Assembly: GCF_001194135.2 (NCBI RefSeq)
Contig: NC_068983.1
Coordinates: 157,506,764 to 157,570,763, forward strand
Reading direction: 5' to 3'
Source: Octopus bimaculoides
Taxonomy: Eukaryota
DNA: 64,000 bases
The translations under genes and the position numbers were made by a program. Positions 11,928 through 25,746 of the stretch are shown one piece after another. Below the pieces are notes generated by a model. The model did not search any database and had not been told where the DNA came from. It saw only the letters and a list, made by a program, of their open reading frames with translations. Numbering within the stretch: position 1 is the stretch's first letter; every line of letters starts with the position of its first letter.

Positions 11928-13404
11928 TCTATATATATAAAAATGAGAATGTGTGTCTGTCTGTCTGTCTGTCTGTGTGAATCCCTAAAACTCGAGAACT
12001 ACGCAACCAATTCCATTCAAATTTTACAGATGCCTTACTTAGGGTTCCAGTTGTGTTTTAGTCAAAAAAAATTTTAACTTCTTGCAGAGTTCGAGCCCAC
12101 GGCAACATAATATCTCCTCCACTATTTAAGTATTACGTGTCAAAAGTGAAACAAAAACACTCATGTCAAATACTTTCACTTTAAAAATGAACCTATTCCA
12201 CTAACTGAAACAATCACATTTTGATACTGTAATGACAGATACTTTCAGAGAGAGAGAGAAAGAGAGAGAGAGAGAAAGAGAGAAAGAGAGAGAGAGAGAA
12301 AGAGAGANNNNNNNNNNNNNNNNNNNNNNNNNNNNNNNNNNNNNNNNNNNNNNNNNNNNNNNNNNNNNNNNNNNNNNNNNNNNNNNNNNNNNNNNNNNNN
12401 NNNNNNNNNNNNNNNNNNNNNNNNNNNNNNNNNNNNNNNNNNNNNNNNNNNNNNNNNNNNNNNNNNNNNNNNNNNNNNNNNNNNNNNNNNNNNNNNNNNN
12501 NNNNNNNNNNNNNNNNNNNNNNNNNNNNNNNNNNNNNNNNNNNNNNNNNNNNNNNNNNNNNNNNNNNNNNNNNNNNNNNNNNNNNNNNNNNNNNNNNNNN
12601 NNNNNNNNNNNNNNNNNNNNNNNNNNNNNNNNNNNNNNNNNNNNNNNNNNNNNNNNNNNNNNNNNNNNNNNNNNNNNNNNNNNNNNNNNNNNNNNNNNNN
12701 NNNNNNNNNNNNNNNNNNNNNNNNNNNNNNNNNNNNNNNNNNNNNNNNNNNNNNNNNNNNNNNNNNNNNNNNNNNNNNNNNNNNNNNNNNNNNNNNNNNN
12801 NNNNNNNNNNNNNNNNNNNNNNNNNNNNNNNNNNNNNNNNNNNNNNNNNNNNNNNNNNNNNNNNNNNNNNNNNNNNNNNNNNNNNNNNNNNNNNNNNNNN
12901 NNNNNNNNNNNNNNNNNNNNNNNNNNNNNNNNNNNNNNNNNNNNNNNNNNNNNNNNNNNNNNNNNNNNNNNNNNNNNNNNNNNNNNNNNNNNNNNNNNNN
13001 NNNNNNNNNNNNNNNNNNNNNNNNNNNNNNNNNNNNNNNNNNNNNNNNNNNNNTTTCTGCAATGTGGTGCATAAATTGTCAAGTAAATGAGACGCATCTT
13101 TGCCTCCAATGATTCACTTGCAAAGTGTTGAGTAAAATTATTTCGTTGCAGACCTCCTTTGAGTCTTTTTATTATCACTGCGACACACATAGTCCCCAGT
13201 TGGTAACATTGATTTCAAGGCCCTCCTAGATGAGAGACTGGCATTCCACTTAATGTCTATGTTCCATGCTGGCATGGATTGGAGAGTTATTAATGTAGAA
13301 ATATGGTATCGTAGCTACTAACAGTTGAGGGTTGCGTAGTCTAGACGGCGTTTTTAGATTTCATTATTCTCTTTAACCCGGGCAAAGCCGGGTATTTCTG
13401 CTAG
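11928..13404 (+). mobile_element. Non-autonomous Helitron with both termini, inserted between A and T; interior partly an assembly gap
   Basis: 5' A|TCTATATATATAAAAATGAG followed by (TGTC)n. 3' hairpin CCCGGGCAAAGCCGGG, then TATTTCTG-CTAG (13401-13404), then T. (GA)n tract and N gap at 12308-13053. Confidence 0.85.
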
Positions 13405-16239
13405 TTAATTATAATCCTATGATAAGGTTATTATTATTTTTATTGTGTAGTTGTTACATAGGGGCTCCTCCTTTTGTTAATTTAGTGAGAGAAGTTATGT
13501 TGTACAGTTCTATATATAAATATACATTAAACGTGCTACTCCAGCATCAACAAAGAGGGTTCTTCAAATTCCACATGTAAATTAAATGAGATAAAGAGAT
13601 CAATCCTTTAATAAAATACTTCGTGAAATGCAGATGAAAGATGCCCTCTTGGGTTAGAGAAATGGAGCAAACCTATTATCCTATTTATTTGTGTAACAAA
13701 GAGTGATTGTCCAGAACAAAAGTGTGGTTATCTACAGCAGAGGAAGCCTTTCCCCAACATTGGGATATATTTTAATCATTGTACTGTTTTGAGTTATGAA
13801 TTTGTTTTGTAGTTTTTGTGATATTGTTCGTTGTTTTAAAACAAGTTGATGTGATCAGTGTTAACACTGATTGTAAGTTCCATCTTTCTACTCTGACTGA
13901 CCAGTAGAAAGCACAGTTGAATTGGAAATGGGAAGAAACCAGTGGTTTGATAGTTAGCATGAACAGGCATCATTGGAACAATTGTCTATTTCAAGTTTAG
14001 TTCAATAGACATGCTTTCTCTCGTAGCTTCTGTTTATACAATCATGTTAAAGCTGTTATTATGAAGACGAAGCAGTATCTTACTTGCAATGAGGTATACA
14101 AGGGTTATTTTATTTACTGGCACACCTCTGGAAACATGTTAACCATCTCAAAAATCAAGATGCTATACATAAAGAAAATTATGTACAGGAGCTTATAGCT
14201 TGGCATCTGAAGAAATAATACCAATCTAGTCAAGAGTTTATCACTGGTGGCCAAAATTTTACACATCTGCCTTTTATGAAAAAGCTTGGTCTCCTTGCTG
14301 TGAAAATTCTTCAGTAGTCACTTCACCGAGTCTGGATTCCCCCACAATTTGTGTAGATATATGCTAAATGTTGCTAAGACATTTAAAGAAATACCTAGAT
14401 GAAATATAGCTATCCAGGAGTCTTTAAGCAGCACATTGGTTTGACTATGCTATAAAGTCAGAGTTAAGCCAATGATTACATTTCAAGTGTTGTTAGAAAC
14501 CATTTTTGCTTTTACTGCTTTCTATAGAGGTTAGTGGAAAACATGACTAATAGTTTGGTTCAGCAAAAAACTTTTCATAATTCTCAAGCTAATAGCCAAT
14601 TTCTAGAAATCCTTAGCTCTGCTGGTTCAAGAAGACCTTAGAAGTATAGCTACATTGATCCAAAATGTAAAATAATCGGAGGTTAATCTGTTGGCTTATA
14701 TCAAAGTTAAGGTGTTATGTAAGATGAGTTAAATTTTCAATCAAGTCTAATGGGAGCACTATTCTGCTGACTTTCAGTAGTAAAGATGGACAGTTTTTTC
14801 CCAATCAGTCTATGATCCCATGAATGGGTTTAATATCACTAATTTCACTTTTCTTTCAAGTGAGTAGAATTGTTGTGAGAAGAGTGATAAGATTCTAAAA
14901 TTTTCTCATGGACTGATATTAGATAATAGGAGTGTTAAACTATTTATTCAAAATCTGTTTGTTGAAGTATTTGTTTTAATGCTTGGGCTAAGTACTTTAC
15001 AATCAGGTCCCTGAACTTTGAACTATTTTATTATAAAAATTGATAAAATTCTGTAGAAATGGAGAGATTGCATTGACATGAATAAGTATCCAAACTTTCA
15101 AACAATAATTCAATGTTCTTCTAGCTTTGAAGCATTTTGTTGTTATATTTCCATTAGAAACACTTGACTTGGCAGATATATCAGAGTCTGTAACTACTTT
15201 TGTTTTGCTTAAAGTTTGATCCCTCTGTACTTAGAATTATTACACCCCTATTTTGAGGATGTATTGCCTTTGACAAATAATTCAAATAAATTGCTGAGTC
15301 ATTTTGCAAAATCTTTAGCTGTTTCAATTACAAACCTTTTTCCAATTTATCCAGTTAAAAGTGTGATACTGGATATTTTTAGTTAATCAAAACAAGAGAG
15401 CAACACACATAACTCTTGCAGGTTTTCCAAACTTAGTGGGATTGATCTTCAGTTTGATGCTCTGTAAGTTAATGTAAGTAGCATAAAGCTGGGCCGAGAG
15501 GGAATTTCAGAAGGTTGTATTTAGGAGAATGATAGGGAAAAGTCTATAGTGTGATTGGGAGTTGAAATACAGTAAAAACAATAAGAGAAGGAAAGATGAG
15601 TGTTTCAGCTGAGTGGAGGTAGTATGCAGTTTGTACAAATAGGAACAGAGATTGTAGTAGTAGTAGTAGTAATAGTAGAAGAGACAGAGAAAAAACAGTG
15701 AGTCTGGCCCAGTCATATTGGAGATTGATATATTCATAACATTAGCATGAGAGATCATCAAAGCTAGCAGTTGTAGCAAATATTTTTTAGGAGCTTTAAT
15801 TGTATGTGGTTTGTGTGCAGAGGTGTGATATGTAAAGTAATATATTATTTTTGAAGGAAGTTTAGGGTTTCAGTTTATGGAGGTACTGCAAGTTTGGGGA
15901 GAAGAATTAGCTGGCATACAGATAACATATGTAAGAATGGTTGAAGAGTGAAGGATATTCTTTTTTATTTCACAATATTACTATAGCTCTCAGTTTAAGT
16001 TGTTGTGGTACCTTACAAATATTATTATCATTATTTCTGAATGAAGATGATCATAGTTGAAAACTAAAGCAAAAGAAAGTTTACTGTGGTAGAAACTTTG
16101 GAAGAGAAGAAACATACACATCTGTTTTGAATGGAGTGTGCATTTATGTTGAATGACTAATTGCTGTATGAATTTATATAAAAAAAAAACAAAAAAACAA
16201 TAAGCAATGATGTTTTTACCAGACAAAATTCAATCAATT

Positions 16240-16470
16240 TTATTTATGGCTAAAAAACATAACTTTGTCTTTCGAAGTAGCTTTTGCAAAAGCTGCTCGA
16301 ATGCAAGCAAATACAATTTTTGGTGGTTGAGAAGCATTGACAGCTTCATGGATACCTTGTTTACTGTAATATTCTACTAATGGACTGGTCTGTGAATGGT
16401 AACTCTCAAGACGCTTTTTTAGTGTTGCTTCATTATCATCAGCTCTTGTGATGAGAGATTCACCGGTTAC
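16240..16470 (-). CDS. AK2: Adenylate kinase 2, exon 5 (last coding exon): [35 protein letters not shown]
   Basis: Acceptor polypyrimidine-CAG at 16472-16471, phase 0. 231 nt including TAA. Matches the AK2 C-terminus (human [32 protein letters not shown]). Confidence 0.97.
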   Translation of the reverse strand, partial: VTGESLITRADDNEATLKKRLESYHSQTSPLVEYYSKQGIHEAVNASQPPKIVFACIRAAFAKATSKDKVMFFSHK

Positions 16471-17898
16471 CTGGGTAGAGAAAAAATACAATATTAATAT
16501 TAGTTTATAAATTCAACACATTAAAATTTCTTAATTCCCTAAACATGTTCAATGAAGATTAATAAAACTTATAACCCAGTTTAATGACAAAAAAATAATA
16601 CATTATATTTGACAAGGAAACTTGAAAATTTGATAAGAATCTATGCTAATATAAACAATCAAATCAACAGTCTCTTTGATAATGTACAGTAAATGTTTGG
16701 ATAAACTAAAAAAAAACAAATCTTTATCATTATCATTGTTCAAATATACACTTTCCCATGCTTGGATGAGTCAAACAGAATTCAGTGAGATAGATTTTTC
16801 TGTGGTGGGATGCCCTTCCTGTCACCAACCCTCACCTATTTCTAAAAAAGGTAATATTCCCCATTGCTGCACATGTTTACATGGAAAAGTGGAAACTCCT
16901 TTACAACTATCTCATGACATCAAGACACATACACACACAATGAGTTTCTTTCGGTTTCTAACTACCAAATCCACTTAAAAGGCTGAGGTCAGCCTGGGAC
17001 TATAGTAGAAGACAGACTCAAGGTGCTAAACAGCTGGACTGAACCTGCAGCCACATGGTTTGGAAGCCAACTCTTAAATCATGTGTTGTACAGCTGCCTG
17101 TATTACAAAGATAGATAAGATATTCTAACTAAAAAACATAGGATGGAAAAGAAAATGTATCACAGTCTAGGAAACCTTTGATAATCAGGACATTTAAACA
17201 AAAATAGAGTGAACATATGTAAGAAATGTTTATAAGTAGAGATTGATTAAAAGTATCTGGATTAAAGTACTAACGAGTACAAAATGTGTAAACAAATGGA
17301 TCAAGAATGAAAACATTACTTGATTACATTAATCAAGCATTGATGACACAACAAAAATTTGCACATAAACTGTAAGACAAATGATATTTCATTATTACTA
17401 TCACGTATTATCGTATTGCCATTCATCATAATCGTTTCTTGATTTAAGATAAATTAATAGGGAATTTAGAAATAACTGATGATGGAACTATTCTGATATG
17501 TGCGTTGTATTGTAATCTAAACTGGTGTAGTATTTGGATTTAGCAATGGAACTACATTGTCTTCACTGTCTCTTCTATAGAGTAAAGTAGTGGTAGTAGA
17601 ATCTCATAAACAGTGGTCTAGCTACCTCCAGTTGTGTGACACAATGAGAGATCTTTTATATTGCTGGTTGTCTTAATAGAAACAGCATCCCTCAAATTAT
17701 ATTTTACTATTTTTAAAAAAAGAATGTTGGACAATGTAGTCTTTGAAATGCAAAAAAAAAAATGAAATAGTCATAGCTGGAATGTTAGGAGTGTAATTTG
17801 AGAGAGATTTAGATGCTATTTTTAGCAGAATATTAATTGCAATTTTTCATGGTTCTATAAAATATGATCAAAAATAAAATGATAATTAGAAAACTTAC

Positions 17899-18066
17899 AT
17901 CATCAATATTATCCACTTTAGGAGGATTAAATTTTACATGATATGACCGCCCACTTGCAGGATGGATCCTTCTTCCTGTGATACGTTCGATCAATAAGGA
18001 GTCATCTATAGAAAACTCAATCACAGAATCTAATGCAGTTTTCCGCTTTGTCAGTAAATTATCAAG
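17899..18066 (-). CDS. AK2: Adenylate kinase 2, exon 4 (LID domain): [56 protein letters not shown]
   Basis: AG at 18068-18067 and GTAAG at 17898. 168 nt, phase 0/0. Long-form AK LID motif HPxSGRSYH. Confidence 0.97.
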
Positions 18067-18869
18067 CTGAAAAATAAAATTAAAAAATAAAGTTACATCT
18101 GTCTCAATAATTTTAAATGAATTTTAGGAGTTTCTTTGATTATTTGTTTAGAGCAATTTAGTTATTCTGTTGTTTTTAGTCTTTTGGCTTGATACTTAGA
18201 AATAGTAGGGAAGCAAAAAGTTCATTAGACTGAGAAGAAATAATAATGTCCTTAGCACTTTAAACTTGCTGGCTTGGAATTCCAGGGCCACAACTGTTTG
18301 ACTACATCTCACCAGTCTGGTATTCCATTATGCCACTACTTCTGTTTGCTACTATGATTTACATGAACTTCCTGCACCAATCAGCAACTGTTTCACATTG
18401 AAAGACACTGTTGTGATTTTTACTAAAGTTTATGAGAGATCTGAGTGACAGATTTGATTTTAGTGATAACAAGGGGTTCTCAACGCCTCTGATTATAACC
18501 ACAAAAGTAATTTCAAAAGCAAATATGATATGGTAGATGGTGATAACAAGCCACAAGATGTTCCTATACAAAATTTACAGCCAGCTCATGATAGGAAAGC
18601 GAAGGGACCTGCTCAAAGGTGGGGAGAAAGAGGCATTGTGATGTTACTAATGCTTACCTTTGGGTTAGTAATACTGACGGTTCTTTTCTGATGATGATTT
18701 CAACTCTACTGAACATCCCAGGCTTAGAAATATCCTAGGCAACCTTACTGCAAGGTCAGATAATGTGGATTGGCTTGTTGTTCTAAATGCATACATTGTG
18801 GCCACTGTTAGTTGCTACTGGTGTCAAAGCAGCTAAGCCTAATAATTATCATGTAAAGAACTTTAATTT

Positions 18870-19660
18870 AGTAACTGTGGTGAAGATGAAGCCTATATTG
18901 ATCGCAGAATTGCAATAGAAATCTAGCACTTAAAACAGATTATGATCAATGCTGGTGACAAAAAATTAACTTCATCATCACTTCAGGTTTCAATAAAATA
19001 TTTGTCAGAGACTGATTCATGACCATCTGAAGTTTTCTGCACTGTGTAAATGAAGATGAACCAACTGTTGATAAAGATAATAAAATCTATAAATCTAGAC
19101 CTGTGTTCAATTACATTTTGGAAAAGTTCAATCATTATTACACACCAAAATAGAATCTCTTACTTGATAAGGGAATGACCCTCACAAAAATTTCTCAGTC
19201 AGTAAGACAATAACAAACCCATCCACTGGGACATAAAAATCATATCTTGTTTGTGATAGTGAGAATGGGTAAATATGTAATGCTGAAATACACATTTGTA
19301 GGGTAGTCAATGCAAAAGAAGGGGATAATCTTGGAGTGACTGGGAACTTTGTCTGCCTACTCAAAGCATTTCATTATCAAGATTAACATATGTATTAGGA
19401 CAGATATCAATTTGGAATTGAACTAATCCAGTATTTGGACAGGTGCCACAGCATTACATTGACACCAATCAAACCAACAAAGGCTAATTTTCCCCAAAAT
19501 ATAATAAAGGCAAAGGCTCAAATAACAGAGAGATGGAGGGGCCAATTGAGGTACCTCATCATCTCTCTGTTCTTTAGTTCTCCACTCACAAGTGTATCAC
19601 AATATGATGCTAAGAAGAGTGCCAGTTCTATGCCCAAAACTCATTACTGCATACAGTAGG
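18870..19660 (+). mobile_element. piggyBac (PGBD4-like) transposase remnant in AK2 intron 3
   Basis: Manual translation KDNKIYKSRPVFNYILEKFNHYYTPK*NLLLDKGM..VCDSENG*ICNAEIH..LGVTGNFV..YLDRYQFGIELIQYL..ANFP follows the piggyBac KIRP..NLSIDESM..CDSxxGY..YxDxYY order. Many stops. Confidence 0.65.
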
Positions 19661-20639
19661 TACCTAGAAGGAACAGACAAGAATGATCAGATGACTAGTA
19701 AATATCACTACAAGTGGCTTCACAGGATGATGGCATGAGGACACTTACATTTTTGTTGTATACTTGAGTATATATGTAACAATTTTGTTGAGTATTTTAA
19801 TCACCAACACCTGTTGACAACACCTTCACCACTGTTAAGGATGTTGGCCTGCATTCAGTAGAGAGAACCACCATACCAATACAAACAGCTTATATGTTGT
19901 CAGCTCAGAGGCCAAATGCAGAATACAAGGATTTTCCAAAGAAGGAAAAGAATCCTGATATATTATATCAGGATTATTATATCCATTGGCAATGGATATA
20001 AATCTGTTGGAAAGGAATACTGGATGTAATTAAAGAGAGAAGATGAAAGGAGTAAGAGAAGAGATGTCTAATTACAAATGAGACATAGCTTATTTAATTT
20101 ATTAACATTTTCTAAGGTTTAATTGATGAATGTCAGTTTTTCAGGGATTTTCATGTCAACGCTCAGGAATGGAAATCACACTCAACAGAGGGTCAGGAAC
20201 CAAAGAGTTACTCATCTTAGACTAAGGCATTCTATTACTTAACCAAGAAAGCAAATAGGATATCAGCTGCTGCAGGTTGTTGGGTACAAAAAAAATTCTT
20301 CAGTGTGTGTGTGTGTGTGTGTGTGTATAGAAAGAGAATAAGAAGGAAGATAAAAAGTAAAGAGAATAGTAAAGCAAAGGAGATAAAAGAATAGAAGGGA
20401 AAGATGAAGTGAAAAAGAGATGTAGATCACTGTGGAGTAATTGTTATTTTCTATTAACGCTTAATTGTTCACACAAATTTGAATGGTCAACATCAATGAA
20501 ACTAGAGAAAATGAAAAGTGTTAGAATGGACTGAGGCAGGGAAATATTAGGTGAAATGAATGTTCTCTAATATAGATAGCAATAATGATGACAAAAGGAG
20601 GTGATGAGGAGTTGAAGAAATTACATAGACATGTATACA

Positions 20640-20812
20640 CTCTCTGAGTGGTTGGCGTTAGGAAGGGCATCCAGCTGTAGAAACTCTGCCAAATTTAGAT
20701 TAGAGCCTGGTGTTGCCATCCGGTTTCACCAGTCCTCAGTCAAATCGTCCAACCCATGCTAGCATGGAAAGCAGACGTTAAACGACGATGATGATGATGA
20801 TGATGATGATGT
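20640..20812 (+). mobile_element. Family B repeat with (GAT)n tail
   Basis: CTCTGAGTGGTTGGCGTTAGGAAGGGCATCCAGCTGTAG..GACGTTAAACGACGATGATGATG. Confidence 0.85.
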
Positions 20813-21405
20813 ATACAACATTAACCCTCCAACTCACTATCACTTCTAAAATATTTCCTGCCTCTAGCACACTATAGCTGCTGAGACAACAAAGGTACGG
20901 CTAAATAGTGGCCTGCTAAGAACAGAAGTTTTAAGTTTCCTCAAATCACACCTAAACCCTTCAGCAGTCAGGTTACTTTATCAAATGTAATGATTATTTA
21001 TTCACAAAGTTTTAAATTAATCATGTATTATCATGTAGCTTTTAGATTTTAATGATGTCATTGTTTAGTTTTAGGATGAAAATTGCAGAGTAAATATGAG
21101 AGACCAAATCTGCCTTGTTTGAACATAAAGCATATAGTATATTTGGGCCTGATATAGTTGGTTTAAAGGGTTAAAGGAAGGATGTGTTGGACAATGTAAT
21201 CCTGGTTATAAAAAACTGGAATGGCCTACTCAATCATAGGGTTAAACAACAACAATATTACAACTAAAAATTATAATCATTATAAATCATTATAATTATC
21301 AACATCATCATCAGAAAAAAAAAAAACGGAGGAACTGTGAATAAACAGAACAGACACAAAAAACAATATACATAATTTAGATAACTAAAAAGAAAAAATG
21401 CTTAC

Positions 21406-21596
21406 TGCTTCTGCTTGGCTAACATTCCTTGGAAATCCATCAAGCAAAAATCCATTTGCACATGCTTCTTTATCCAAATTCTGACTGATTATTTCAATGA
21501 CTAAATCATCACTAACTAGTTTTCCCTCATTAATTACAGTTTTAATTTGTTCTCCAAGCTTTGATCCAGAGGCCACCATAGCACGTAACATATCCC
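21406..21596 (-). CDS. AK2: Adenylate kinase 2, exon 3 (NMP-binding domain): (G)[35 protein letters not shown]
   Basis: AG at 21598-21597 and GTAAG at 21405. 191 nt, phase 1/0. Contains the AK signature FLLDGFPR. Confidence 0.97.
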
Positions 21597-22845
21597 CTAA
21601 AAAAGCAAATTTTATAAACATTTAAATTTTACAAACACACAAGACAGACAGGTAGATACCTGTAAACAACTTTATCTCTTAAAAATTTCATATTGCATTA
21701 TTTTCATAAATGCAATGTTATATTTGTATACTGCTGCAGGTGTTGTGTTGTAAACTTCAACCTGTAAACACAACACTTAATTTTACTTGTCGAAAACTAA
21801 TTAGGAAATTAAAATAATGAACTAATTATGACTAGCTGTAACTTGCTATCATTAAAATTTCATTTTTATTAACAAAACATTTTCTACATATATTTTCCCA
21901 TGCTGGATGTCCATACTATTGCTGGGTGGGAGACTTAACCCACTGACTGGTTTAATACCCAGATGGGGTACGCTGGGTGCCTTTAGCAGAGTCTATTCTG
22001 TTGCAAGTGTTTGGACTAAGTTTCCAGTTTGAGGACATCTTCCTTCTTCTCACCTTCAGAGGCCCTATCACAAGTCATGGGTACTACCTTACATCCTATC
22101 TAAAAGATAAAAAAAAAACTCACTCAACTAAGAAAAGAGTGAACAGTATTTTGTCAATGAAGCAATCTTGATAAAAAGTTATGTACACTGCTCAAGGGCA
22201 CATAACTGCTGAGGCTAGTAATCCAGCACCTTATCTTTACAGCTTTTGTGCTTAAAAGTTGGCAAAACAAGGTTGTTTCTTATCAAATTACTTTCTCCCC
22301 ACTGAAAAAGTGGTGATTGATGAATTGACTGGATTTAGATTGCCTTCTCTTCTATTACACTTATTAGACTAAAGCAAATCATGAGGGGAAAAAAGCTCTC
22401 AGAACACAACGAATTGTCAGTTGCACTTTATGAACTTCATATTACATCATCATCATCTCCACAGTGTGAAACTGTACTGCTCTGGTATACGAGTTTAACA
22501 CTTTGCAAATGACTGATAAATCACTGTCACCAAATAATTGAAGTACTGGATTAACAACTATTTTCAAGTAGTTGATTTAATTCAACATAATTTTACTAAT
22601 TGCGAGTAAAGTGACTTCTAAGTCTTATAAGGGAACATGCTATAGTCAATTACTTTAATCACAATGCAGAGGGACAGAGTGATTGGCCGTGAGAGTTGAC
22701 AGTAGTATGATAGATAAAGCAAGGCCCACATTGTGTTACCATGCAGCAGTATCATACAATCTGTTCTTCACTCAAAGGAAAAAGCTTTTTACAACCAGCA
22801 GAGGTAATAATTCTTTAAAATCTTTTCAGTTTGTTCTTACCTGGG

Positions 22846-23502
22846 TAATATACATTCAGAACAACCATTAATTATGTCACCTTGGCAACAAAAACTATTA
22901 ACTACTTTTAGTGAGCTTTCTGAGCATTTAAAAGAATTTATTTCTGGTGCACTGTTAGTGCTTATTGTCACTGTTGCATGTGTCACATACAAAGCCCACC
23001 TGTGATTCTGATACACCTCTTGTGTATGCATAATTTACATTAAGTATAGCATGCAGAGTTCCTACCAACTGAGCCAGACCATTTTCCTTGACAGTACCAG
23101 GGTCCTGTTTTTTTTTTACTACTTATTAGCACCATAGTCTTTGCTAAGTTTATCTTAAAGTCTCTCAATTCTAGGTTTTGCTTTCATATCTGGAATTTCT
23201 TCTCTAACTTTACTATAAATTCAGTAAAAAGAACTAGATAATCAGCAAGTAGGATTTCTCAAGAATCGTCAGCCTCAAGTTCCTCTATTGAGGGCCTGTA
23301 AATTTATGATAAATTGAGAGGGTTGAGGACTGTGCCTTGATAAACTTCTACCTTCATGCTAAAGTCATTATGACCATCACTTTACTGACATCACCTTTGT
23401 ATATAGTTTGTACAGCTTTCAAAAGCCATTCACATACTGACATGCTGACAAATACTTAGTGGTTTACTCTTAATCAAAAATTTCTCTTGCAGTTACCTCA
23501 TG
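22846..23502 (-). mobile_element. Decayed RTE-clade LINE reverse-transcriptase fragment
   Basis: Minus-strand translation parallels the better-preserved RTE at 23945-24818 (..KKFQI*KQNL..SLKVVNSFCCQGDIINGCSE versus KLEVVDSFRYLGDQVSSGGGCAE). Confidence 0.7.
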
Positions 23503-23944
23503 AGAAGATGGCATTTGTGGTACCCCTTGAGGGTATAAAACCAAACTGCATCTTATCTAGGTTAGTTCTGTTCCTAATCAATTGTACTATAACTCTTTCC
23601 TTGAGCTTCGTAGCCTGATGCAATAACTTGATGGCTTTGTAATTTTTTCTTGCTAGTAAATATCTCCTTTACCCTAGTAGCAGCTCACATTCACATTGGT
23701 ACTGTTATACCAGTCAGTGGGCACAATATTTCCCTGTGTTACCTGATTTGTGACCGTTTGGCATGTATCCCATTTTGCCAGATATTTTGATCATCTCAGT
23801 GACTATCCCAGTTAGTCCAGTAGCTTTTCCTACTTTTATATCTAATCCCTATCTACCATACTGTTGTCAATTTGAGTTGCTGTTCCCCCACTTGGGTCAA
23901 TATTATAGCTTTATGTATGTGTGTGTATATATATATATTCATAA

Positions 23945-24818
23945 TTGACAGGGTCCCCCGATCCCTTATCTGGTGGTCAATGAGGAAACTAGGGATAGAT
24001 GAATGGTTAGTGAGAGCTGTGCGAGACATGTACAGGGAAGCTGTCAGTAAGGTGAGGGTTGGCAATGAGTACAGTGAAGAATTCCGGGTTGAGGTAGGGG
24101 TCCACCAAGGTTCAGTCCTCAGCCCCCTCCTATTTATCATAGTCCTCCAGGCGATAACACAGGAATTCAAGACAGAATGCCCCTGGGAGCTCCTCTATGC
24201 TGATGACCTAGCTCTAATTGCTGAGTCACTATCAGAACTAGAGGAGAAGTTTCAGGTGTGAAAGCAAGGATTAGAATCAAAGGGCCTAATAAGTAGGAAA
24301 GTAGGCAAACCACAAACCCCTTCAGGTAGATGGCCCTGCTCGATCAGTAGAAAAGGTGTAGGTAGAAACTCTATAAGACGATGTCCCCAGTGTAAGCTAC
24401 GTACACATAAGAGGTGCAGCAATATGAAAGGAAGGCTAACTAGCAAGATAGTTTTTGTATGTGGCAGATGCTCAGGAGCAATAAACACTGAAAATATGCA
24501 GAGAACTACTTCTGCCACATTCCAGGGAGAAAAACTAGAAGTAGTTGATAGCTTCCGTTACCTAGGTGACCAAGTCAGTAGCGGAGGAGGGTGCGCTGAA
24601 AGTATAGCTGCTAGAATAAGAATAGCCTGGGCAAAGTTCAGAGAGCTCTTACCTTTGCTGGTGACAAAGGGCCTCTTGCTCAGAGTAAAAGGCAGACTGT
24701 ATGATGCATGTGTACGAACAGCCATGCTACATGGCAGTGAAACAGGGGCTGTGACTGCTGAGGACATGCATAAGCTTGCAAGAAATGAAGCCAGTATGCT
24801 CCAATGGATATGTAATGT
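23945..24818 (+). mobile_element. RTE-clade LINE ORF fragment (RT core with PHD-like Cys-rich insert), one in-frame stop
   Basis: DRVPRSLIWWSMRKLGIDEWLV..GVHQGSVLSPLLF..LLYADDLALIA..FQV* then, in the same frame, KQGLESKGL..WPCSISRKGVGRNSIRRCPQCKLRTHKRCSNMKG..CGRC..FRYLGD..LYDACVRTAMLHGSE. Confidence 0.92.
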
Positions 24819-25499
24819 AAGTGTCTCTTCAAATTGAGAATTGTTTGCAGAAAACAGTTATTTACACTCAAGTTAACCTTGGTGAAGCAGTTGTGATGGA
24901 AACCTTCCATCAGCAATCATTTGCCTTTTCATGTATCAAAGATATAACCTCTAATGTATACTTCCAAGTGATTGATTTTGGCACTATGTATTTGTAAGTA
25001 TAAACTAGAGTAATCGTACAGAAATTCGAAGTCAATATTCTTTTCTACTCTAGGAACAAGGCCTGAAATTAAATCAACCCCAGTATGGAAGGGGTACTTA
25101 ATTTATCAACCCCAAAAGGATGAAAGGCAAAGTCAACCTTGGCGGAATGTGAACTTGGAATGTAAAAACAGACGGAAATTTGGAGTCAATATTGACTAAT
25201 TGATGAATTTGTAACAGATTTGATCATTCAAAACATAGATTCAATTACTTAAAAGCTGTGATAGAAAAATTTATAATGGAATAGATTTTAAATCAGTTAA
25301 TTAGTTAATAGGCAAAGCACACAAGAAAATTATGCAAATTAACTTCAACTTTAAAAAGAGGAAAAGGCAAATTCAAACCTTCACAACCATTAATTTCTAG
25401 CTTTAACACATACTAATAAACAGCCATTTCCCTAAACTTGGAGAATTGGCTATAACCATTGCCTCCTACATCCAATGCCTTGTAAAAAAAAAAAAAAAA

Positions 25500-25746
25500 G
25501 CGCCCTTTTAAAGCCTAGCCAGGCTCATGGGCCCGGTTTCCCAGTTTCAATGGCGTATGTGTTCCCCAGCTGGATGGGACGCCAGTCCACCGCAGCGTTA
25601 CTCATTTTTGCCAGCTGAGTGGACTGGAGCAACGCGAAATGAAGTGTTTTGCTCAAGAACACAACGTGTCGCCCGGTCCTGGAACCGAAACCACAATCTT
25701 ACAATCATGGTGCTGACATCCTAACCACTAAGCCACGCGCCTCCAC
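25500..25746 (-). mobile_element. tRNA-derived SINE, family D
   Basis: Minus strand GTGGAGGCGCGTGGCTTAGTGGTTAGG (A box)..GGTTTCGGTTCC..GTTGTGTTCTTGAGCAAAACACTT..TGGACTGGCGTCCCATCCAG..CTTTAAAAGGGCGC. Second copy at 33984-34230. Confidence 0.85.

Noticed and set aside
12201-13190. Long ORFs in the track here and at 40606-41085, 42821-43642 and 56609-57631
   Set aside because: They are mostly X residues spanning N gaps, flanked by microsatellite or SINE sequence, so they are not evidence of genes.
15964-15969. AK2 polyadenylation signal (AATAAA on the minus strand, about 270 nt after the stop)
   Set aside because: Plausible, but indistinguishable from many AT-rich matches without transcript data.
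16460-16475. AK2 exon 5 starts CAG|GTAACC, resembling a recursive splice site
   Set aside because: GTAACC is a poor donor and simply encodes the conserved V-T residues.
22837-23031. Apparent extra exon ending in a strong CAG|GTAAG donor on the AK2 strand
   Set aside because: The translation aligns with a decayed RTE LINE, and the AK2 frame is complete without it. At most a cryptic donor.
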